IMG/VR virus record: IMGVR_UViG_3300037584_001947 | Location: 1-30,018 of that record | DNA from: a virus | Taxonomy: Duplodnaviria > Caudoviricetes | Length of the DNA stretch: 30,018 nucleotides | Reading direction: 5' to 3' (one strand) | In this document: positions 23,846-30,018 of the stretch, in pieces | How positions within the stretch are numbered: the stretch's first letter is position 1 | Layout of the letters: each line of letters opens with the position of its first letter | Made by a program: the position numbers and the translations under genes | The notes under the pieces: generated by a model | Databases searched by the model: none | What the model saw: the letters and a program-made list of their open reading frames with translations, nothing else | Told to the model about the DNA's origin: nothing

Positions 23846-26800
23846 ATGCAAGAATTATATCAAGCACTTTACGATCAAGGTAAATACACAAAAACATTTG
23901 AAGAGTTTAAAGCACAATTTGAATCAGAAGATAATCAACAAGAGCTTTATAGCGCGTTAAATAATTCAGGAGATTACACAAAATCTTATGAAGAGTTTGG
24001 CAGTCAGTTTTTTGGAAAAGTAAAAAAAGAAACGACTCCACAGGGCGATGCGACTGCGGAGTCCGAAGGTACGGCATCAACTTCGGAGCCTACTTTTTTG
24101 GACTCGTTACAACTAAGTCCCGAAGCTTATAGTATTGTAAATAGCTATAGAACACCTGACGAGTTAAAAGCTGATATTGATGCTGGTAAAATAACAAATC
24201 CAGAAATCATAAACTACGTTAAAGGCGCTGGTGGTGAAGGACCAACTGATCAAGAGCTACTAGTAACTTCTGCAGACGAAATGTTAAAATCTCAAGAAGT
24301 AACAGAAGGTGATCAAGCTAATATACTTAAAAAAAGAAAAGAAGTAAACGAGTATTTGAAAAAAGTAGCTATAGCTTTTGATATGCCAGACGCTACTGCT
24401 CCAGAAATACAAGCTGAGCTAGATAAGTTTATGAGATTTGATACTCAATATACTGAGGGTCGAACAGCGTCTAGGTTTAGTCAAGAAGAAGTTAAGCGTT
24501 ATAACGATAGAAGATTAAAATTGATTGAAGCGGGTGTACTAGAAAATAGAGTTCAAGGTGTTAGATCTATTACTACGAAGCAATACAACTCCGATATTGA
24601 GGACGGTAAAATTCAGGATTTATCCTCACGTCAATTTAAGCAAACAGAAGCTTTACGAGCTTATGTTAAAGCAAAAATGCCTAACGCTCTAGACGGTTTA
24701 ACACCTAAAGAATCAAAAGATAAAAAAGCTCAAATACTAAACAGCGAAGAATTTAAAGAGTTTGAAAAAGAGTTTACTTTAGATGAAGAGCAATTAACTA
24801 AACAAGAAAAGTATATTGTTGAAGACTTTTTAAATCAAAAAGAAGTTAGTTTACTTGAAGACAGAATACAAGCAGAGTTAAAGAAAAACGAAAAAAGCGG
24901 TTTGCTCTACGATGTTGGAGAGCTACTAGCGAAAGCTGATGCAGAGGAATTTTCTTTCCCTATACCTAAGTCTTTGCGTGAGAAGTTATTGTTTAGAGAA
25001 ACAGAAAGAGACGCTAAAGAAAACGTAGCTTTAAAAGAGTTAGAAGGTTTAGACACAAGATTAAAAGAAAAATATTCTACACTAGGTGTTATAGGTAAAG
25101 ACATGAATAACATCTTGACTCAAATGAAAAAGCTTCAAAACTTTTTTGATACAGAAGATCCTAAGTCTTATACATCACAAGATCAAATTGACATGTACAA
25201 AGCTAATGCTAAGACTTACAATAATCTTAGAGCACAAGCTAATATTTATCAATTAAAAGCAGATGAAATCTATGAAACCTTAACACCGCTTGAAGAAAAA
25301 TCAAAAGATTTACAGACATATATAAAAGCTGTAACAAGAGATCCAAATCATATAATAGCATTTGGAGGTAACTTAGCTAACGCTAGTATAGATCTTGCGC
25401 AAGGTATTGCGGGTGTTGCAGATTTAATATATCAAATGCCTAAAGAGTTTTTAGATGAAGTAAATGAAATATCTACTTTAGGGTTTGAGGCTGCCGCAAG
25501 AACTAAAAGACCTCCTAGAAAAACAAAGCTGACAGAGCTTAATAGAAGCATTGACAAATGGCAAAATGACGAGATAACTTCTCAAATTAGAAAGCCAGTT
25601 CAATTTGATCAAATAGATGGTGCTGGATCTGCGATTGAGTGGAGCGCTAATTTATTTGCAGGACAAATACCTCAGCTAGCTTTAATGACTGTAACAGGTG
25701 GTGCTTCGCTGTATGTTATGGGTGCTAGTAGTGCAGGTCAAAAGTTTTACGACATGCAAGAACAGAAGCAGTTGTACTTTGACACTGGCGGTTTGTATGG
25801 TAGAAACCACAACTTTGGCACAATGGCTTTAAACGCTAGCTTCACGGGAACTATGGAAGCTTTATCTGAGAGAGTTACTCTTAGAGCTGTAGATAAAACT
25901 AAAGATATACTAGGTGGCGTGAGTAGAGCCACTAGAAATCAAGGTTATTTTAATTATTTAAAAAAGAATTTATTTACTTTTGACAATATAAAAAATACTG
26001 GGTATGAGCTTTTTGAAGAAGGCTTTAGTGAGTCATTAGCAACAATGAGTAGTAACTTCGCTGACATAGTTAGTGGCGACAAAAGCAAAAATTTATATGA
26101 TGGCGTGCCTGAAGCTTTTGCTAGCGGCGTAGTAATTAGCGCTGGTATACAAAGCCCAAGGCTTTTTGCAGAATTCAAAAGACCTTTCCAACAAGAATCA
26201 ACAACTCAAAAAGTTGACGCTATAGCTAGTAGGCTTAATGACATAAGCAAAGAAATGGTTAAGCTTAATGAAACTTTTCAAGGTCAAGAGCTAGCAGATA
26301 AACGAAGTGAGTTAGAAACAGAATATGCTAACCTAGTAGAAGAGGCTAACGTAGCTATAGAGCAAGACGTTAAGCGTATAGATGTAATGGACAATGCTGA
26401 AAAGGCTGAGTTAATAAACATCGAAAGATCAAAGCAAAAAATAAGACAACAATTAACTAGCATAAACTCTAATGCAGATCTTAATGCAGAACAAAAGAAA
26501 GCTGAAGTAGATAAATTAAGAAATGAGTTTAATGATTTAAACAAAAATAAAAACAAGATACTACAAAAATATCCTGTTAATGTTGTTGACGCTAAGTACA
26601 AGCAAGAGATGGAGATGGCTAAAGCTTACATGGATAAAGTTAATAGTCGAGGCGTAGTTGAAATGCAAGTCAACGAAAAAAGCCAGCAAGAGTTTGATGA
26701 CTTAATATCTAGAGATCAGTTTGATGCTAGCAAAGCTGAAGTTGAAGATTTTACATTAGAGTCTGGCGGTATGGCAATAGCGTTTCAAGAAATAATAAAC

Positions 26801-29800
26801 GACAAAGACGCCACAGCAGAAGAGAAAGCAGAAGCTAAAGCAGCCTTAGAAGTTTTTGAAGACAAGACTATGCAAGGCATAGGTATGCTTAACTTTATAG
26901 ATGGTAACGCTTCTAGCTATGGGGCTATGACACCTAGGTTTGATGGCAATGGTAATTTAGCAGGGTTAAATATAGAGATAAACAAAGATCAAGCATTAAC
27001 TAACAATGAGTTTAATGTTGCTTCACATGAGTTTGTTCATGCTGCTTTTTACAACACACTTAAAGCAGATCCTATAGCTAGAGAAAGATTAGGTAATGTT
27101 ATTGATGATATTATAGACTCTGGCGATGTTGTGTTTGAGCAAGGTCAAAAAGAAGCTTTTGATAAAAAAATAAACCTGTACGAAAACAATAGAAAAGGTG
27201 AAGAAAAAATGACGTTCCTTACAGAGTTTGTTAGAGCTAACAAAGCTACAATAAAAGACTCTGGACTTGATAAAATTAAAGGTACGTTTAGAAGATTTGC
27301 TCAAAACTATTTAGGCAAAGATATAAGACTTGATAGTAAAAAAGATATATTAAACTTTATAAAAGACTACGACGTATCTGTTAAAAACAACAAGCCAAAC
27401 AAAGCCATTATACGTATGATGGAAAAAGGTGCTAATGGCAAAATATTTAAAGACGCTAGAACACCTGAGCAAATTAAAGGCGAGACAGAGTTTTCAAGAG
27501 CTTTAGAGTCTACTGTACAGTCAGATCCTGATATTAAAGAAACATTTGATAAGTTTACACAAAACGCAGACGGTACTCCTAAACATGCTTCGCAACAAGC
27601 TTGGGAAGATAGTCCGGATTATTGGAACGCTTACTTTACTATAGTAGAAGGTAGAGCTTTAGACGGTTTAATTCAACACAAGATGACAGAAAAAGGTTTA
27701 CCACCTGCTGCGCTACGTGAGTTTACTAGAAAAGTTAAAGAAAAAATTGGTGAAAGATTTTTGCCTACAGTAGATAAAAAAACAGGTGAAGTAAAACCTG
27801 ACTCTGGATATAGAGTTTCAAACGATAGTTTATTTGGTTGGTTAACAGGCGTAGCTGGTGGAGCAGGTAGATCTGTCATATACAGAGCTAAAGGTGATGT
27901 AATGGCAGAGTATAAAGCTGATCCTACATCTACAGCCCCATCGTTAGACGCGCCTATTGGAGACGCTGGCACAGTAGCAGATATAATACCTGACGACAGC
28001 TCTGTTGTAGAAGCTATAGAAAATGAAGACTTATCTATAGGTAGACGTGATGCTATTAGAGAAATAGCTGTAAACGAACTTATAGCTAAAGATGAGTTAA
28101 ACTTTTCTCAAGACGCAAAAGACGCTATTAGAGATATTGTAGCTGACGCTAATATACCGTTAGAAGGTTTGACATATAAAGGTTTTAAAAAGCTTATGGT
28201 TGAAGCTATGAAGGTAGATAAAAACGGTAAGCTAAAACCTCCTACAAAAACTTCTGATGTAGTACCTGTTGGTGCTTTGTACAATGTATTAGAGGTAACA
28301 GCTTCAGAGTTTGGTGTTGATCCACTTAGAATATTAGCTAATCAAGACTTAACAGATGTTCAGCGTCAAACAGCTCAAGAAAAAATACTAGAATTATCTA
28401 CAAATCAAGATGGTAGTTTTAACGACGTATTATTTAAGCTGTTACCAGAAGGTGAAACAAGAAGTGGCGAAGCTACAGGTATAGCTAACACTAAGCTTGG
28501 AGATTTATATACTAAAGGTGAAAGAGTTAGAGTATCTGAAGGTGCTGCTAAAAAGTTAGGTCAAAAATTTGAGCAAAAGAAAAAGACTAGAGTTACGCAA
28601 AAACAATTATTTGATTTGTTTGGTATTAATCAAGACGGAACGTTTAAGCCTGGTAAAGAAGCTGACGGTGCTATACGAGCTTTAGTAGTTCAAATGGCTC
28701 AAGTAACAGCTAATCAACAGGCTAGAATAAACGCTTTAGAAAACGGTACTGCTACAGAAGCCGCGGCCGCTAAGCTTGCTGACGGTAAATCTGAGCTTGT
28801 GTTTTCAAGAGCTGACGCAGACTTAGCTGTTGTTCAAGATAAATGGGCTGAATACTCTGCAGAAATATCTAAAGCTACAAACAAAGTAATGGTTGAAAGT
28901 TCTACTAATAAGTTTTATGATACATTAGTAGAAGCTAAAAAAAGAATAATAGCTGATAAATCTTTTAACAACATAAAAGATATTATTGAAAAGCCAGAAG
29001 TTAAAGATAAAAAACTAGATCATACAACAAAAGATTATTACAGAGGACAAAACAGATCAGGAGTAGTTATTCCTAAAATGACTGTGTTTAAAGAAGGTGC
29101 TATAGACAAAAAGGGCGAACCAAAACAATATAAATCTGAAAGAGATGTAGACGCTCCGTTTAAAGACGGTGAAACTTACGATCAAGCCGCCAGTAGAATA
29201 TTGAACGCTTTTGTGCATGTAAACCCACGGTTTAGAGATATGTTTTCAAAAACAATGACGGGCGGTGTTGTTAGAGGAGGATTTTTTAAAACAGTTTTTG
29301 AGTTTGATAAAAGAATAAATAAAACTACAGAGTCTCAAGTAACAGAAAAGTTTGACGTTTGGAGAGATACTTATAATGAAAAAAATAAACTGACGCAGAA
29401 AGGCGTAGATAAAATGAACAGTAAAGAGTTTAGAGATAAAGCTCAACAAAAAATGGATTCATATATCTACGACTTCTTTAAATCAGTTGAGGCATATCTT
29501 AAAGTAAATCCTGATCATGGCTGGGTGTTTGAGCAAATGATGAGAGATGGCAGCACAGATCAAAACTCTTTTATTAGAGTTTCTGCTATACCTTCTGGTT
29601 ATCCTATTAATGCTGATGGTACTCCTAATCTTAATGAGAAAGTTGTTGAAGAACATAGCAAGCCTCAAAACAATATAGGCCACAGTATGTTAAACGCTGC
29701 TCAAGACGGTAGAGTTGATGAGCAGTATAAAGTTACAAAAGCCGCTTACATGCAGATGTCACTTCTTGAAATAGACGATAATGCTGTTAATGATTCTGGT

Positions 29801-30018
29801 TTAAAAGAAAGAATGCCTGATGTTTATTATGAAAAAATAGTTCCAAAAATAATTGACGAAAGTTTAGATTATCTTCCTGATGGTTTTGCTTCTGCAATTA
29901 GACTAGCCGCAGCTGGAACTGCTTACGCACCTAAAGACAATGGCGGTAGAGCTGTTGACTTAGGAAAATACTATATGCCTCAAGTAGGTATGACGCTTGG
30001 TCAATACTTTGGAACAGA
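23846..30018 (+). CDS. giant multidomain internal virion (ejection / polyvalent) protein, 3'-truncated, >2057 aa
   Basis: ATG at 23846 after an A/T-rich leader (MQELYQALYDQGKYTK...). Manual translation shows no stop to the window end. Contains Gly/Ala hydrophobic helices, coiled coils, an HEFVH zincin motif (27026-27040) and sigma70-like motifs (about 27620-28340). Confidence 0.88.
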   Translation, partial: MQELYQALYDQGKYTKTFEEFKAQFESEDNQQELYSALNNSGDYTKSYEEFGSQFFGKVKKETTPQGDATAESEGTASTSEPTFLDSLQLSPEAYSIVNSYRTPDELKADIDAGKITNPEIINYVKGAGGEGPTDQELLVTSADEMLKSQEVTEGDQANILKKRKEVNEYLKKVAIAFDMPDATAPEIQAELDKFMRFDTQYTEGRTASRFSQEEVKRYNDRRLKLIEAGVLENRVQGVRSITTKQYNSDIEDGKIQDLSSRQFKQTEALRAYVKAKMPNALDGLTPKESKDKKAQILNSEEFKEFEKEFTLDEEQLTKQEKYIVEDFLNQKEVSLLEDRIQAELKKNEKSGLLYDVGELLAKADAEEFSFPIPKSLREKLLFRETERDAKENVALKELEGLDTRLKEKYSTLGVIGKDMNNILTQMKKLQNFFDTEDPKSYTSQDQIDMYKANAKTYNNLRAQANIYQLKADEIYETLTPLEEKSKDLQTYIKAVTRDPNHIIAFGGNLANASIDLAQGIAGVADLIYQMPKEFLDEVNEISTLGFEAAARTKRPPRKTKLTELNRSIDKWQNDEITSQIRKPVQFDQIDGAGSAIEWSANLFAGQIPQLALMTVTGGASLYVMGASSAGQKFYDMQEQKQLYFDTGGLYGRNHNFGTMALNASFTGTMEALSERVTLRAVDKTKDILGGVSRATRNQGYFNYLKKNLFTFDNIKNTGYELFEEGFSESLATMSSNFADIVSGDKSKNLYDGVPEAFASGVVISAGIQSPRLFAEFKRPFQQESTTQKVDAIASRLNDISKEMVKLNETFQGQELADKRSELETEYANLVEEANVAIEQDVKRIDVMDNAEKAELINIERSKQKIRQQLTSINSNADLNAEQKKAEVDKLRNEFNDLNKNKNKILQKYPVNVVDAKYKQEMEMAKAYMDKVNSRGVVEMQVNEKSQQEFDDLISRDQFDASKAEVEDFTLESGGMAIAFQEIINDKDATAEEKAEAKAALEVFEDKTMQGIGMLNFIDGNASSYGAMTPRFDGNGNLAGLNIEINKDQALTNNEFNVASHEFVHAAFYNTLKADPIARERLGNVIDDIIDSGDVVFEQGQKEAFDKKINLYENNRKGEEKMTFLTEFVRANKATIKDSGLDKIKGTFRRFAQNYLGKDIRLDSKKDILNFIKDYDVSVKNNKPNKAIIRMMEKGANGKIFKDARTPEQIKGETEFSRALESTVQSDPDIKETFDKFTQNADGTPKHASQQAWEDSPDYWNAYFTIVEGRALDGLIQHKMTEKGLPPAALREFTRKVKEKIGERFLPTVDKKTGEVKPDSGYRVSNDSLFGWLTGVAGGAGRSVIYRAKGDVMAEYKADPTSTAPSLDAPIGDAGTVADIIPDDSSVVEAIENEDLSIGRRDAIREIAVNELIAKDELNFSQDAKDAIRDIVADANIPLEGLTYKGFKKLMVEAMKVDKNGKLKPPTKTSDVVPVGALYNVLEVTASEFGVDPLRILANQDLTDVQRQTAQEKILELSTNQDGSFNDVLFKLLPEGETRSGEATGIANTKLGDLYTKGERVRVSEGAAKKLGQKFEQKKKTRVTQKQLFDLFGINQDGTFKPGKEADGAIRALVVQMAQVTANQQARINALENGTATEAAAAKLADGKSELVFSRADADLAVVQDKWAEYSAEISKATNKVMVESSTNKFYDTLVEAKKRIIADKSFNNIKDIIEKPEVKDKKLDHTTKDYYRGQNRSGVVIPKMTVFKEGAIDKKGEPKQYKSERDVDAPFKDGETYDQAASRILNAFVHVNPRFRDMFSKTMTGGVVRGGFFKTVFEFDKRINKTTESQVTEKFDVWRDTYNEKNKLTQKGVDKMNSKEFRDKAQQKMDSYIYDFFKSVEAYLKVNPDHGWVFEQMMRDGSTDQNSFIRVSAIPSGYPINADGTPNLNEKVVEEHSKPQNNIGHSMLNAAQDGRVDEQYKVTKAAYMQMSLLEIDDNAVNDSGLKERMPDVYYEKIVPKIIDESLDYLPDGFASAIRLAAAGTAYAPKDNGGRAVDLGKYYMPQVGMTLGQYFGT
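24022..24078 (+). promoter_or_regulatory. candidate -1 programmed ribosomal frameshift signal (slippery heptamer plus H-type pseudoknot)
   Basis: In-frame A_AAA_AAA (24022-24028), 5-nt spacer, stem GACTCC-A-CAG / CTG-C-GGAGTC (24034-24063), and loop GATGC (24047-24051) complementary to GCATC (24074-24078). Confidence 0.55.

Noticed and set aside
1180-29683. All minus-strand ORFs in the track (60-150 aa)
   Set aside because: They are antisense shadows of + strand genes, with Ser/Leu/Phe-rich composition, no motifs and no independent start context.
23835-30018. Apparent 6-kb gene-poor region in the ORF track
   Set aside because: Artefact: a single + strand ORF from 23846 runs off the window without a stop.
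1-30018. Stop-codon reassignment as in some crAss-like phages
   Set aside because: Genes are intact and densely tiled under the standard code, and TAG and TGA both serve as plausible stops (3133, 1199).
1-30018. CRISPR array, tRNA genes, introns/inteins, diversity-generating retroelement
   Set aside because: No spaced direct repeats, intergenic gaps too short for tRNAs, TerL and MCP uninterrupted, and no RT or TR/VR pair seen by eye.
23846-30018. Virion RNA polymerase (crAss/N4-like) identity for the giant ORF
   Set aside because: No DxDxD-type or T7-like polymerase catalytic motif was recognised in the visible part. It cannot be excluded beyond the window.

Overview
This is the packaging and morphogenesis module of an AT-rich, tailed dsDNA phage with podovirus-type architecture. 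The host is probably Bacteroidota (inferred from the lack of Shine-Dalgarno sites, A/T-rich start contexts and gene order). All credible genes are on the + strand and densely packed. Order: partial winged-helix-like gene, small HExxH peptidase, holin-like gene, LamG-like protein, double-GroES-like co-chaperonin, TerS candidate, TerL, portal, scaffold, major capsid (with a cUUCGg terminator), ring/adaptor proteins, a 1850-aa tail stabilisation protein, a cupin, two ejection-type proteins, and a >2057-aa giant ORF (23846 to the window end) that the ORF track misses because it has no stop here. Main hidden features: (1) the giant protein has a zincin HExxH domain followed by a sigma70-like segment bracketed by two identical FSRA motifs, suggesting a virion-delivered, self-processed sigma factor; (2) an in-frame A_AAA_AAA slippery site with a GC-rich pseudoknot near the 5' end of the same gene, a candidate -1 frameshift; (3) two 47-aa genes apparently nested in the +1 frame of the scaffold and TerL genes. 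All family assignments come from motif recognition by eye; no searches were run.
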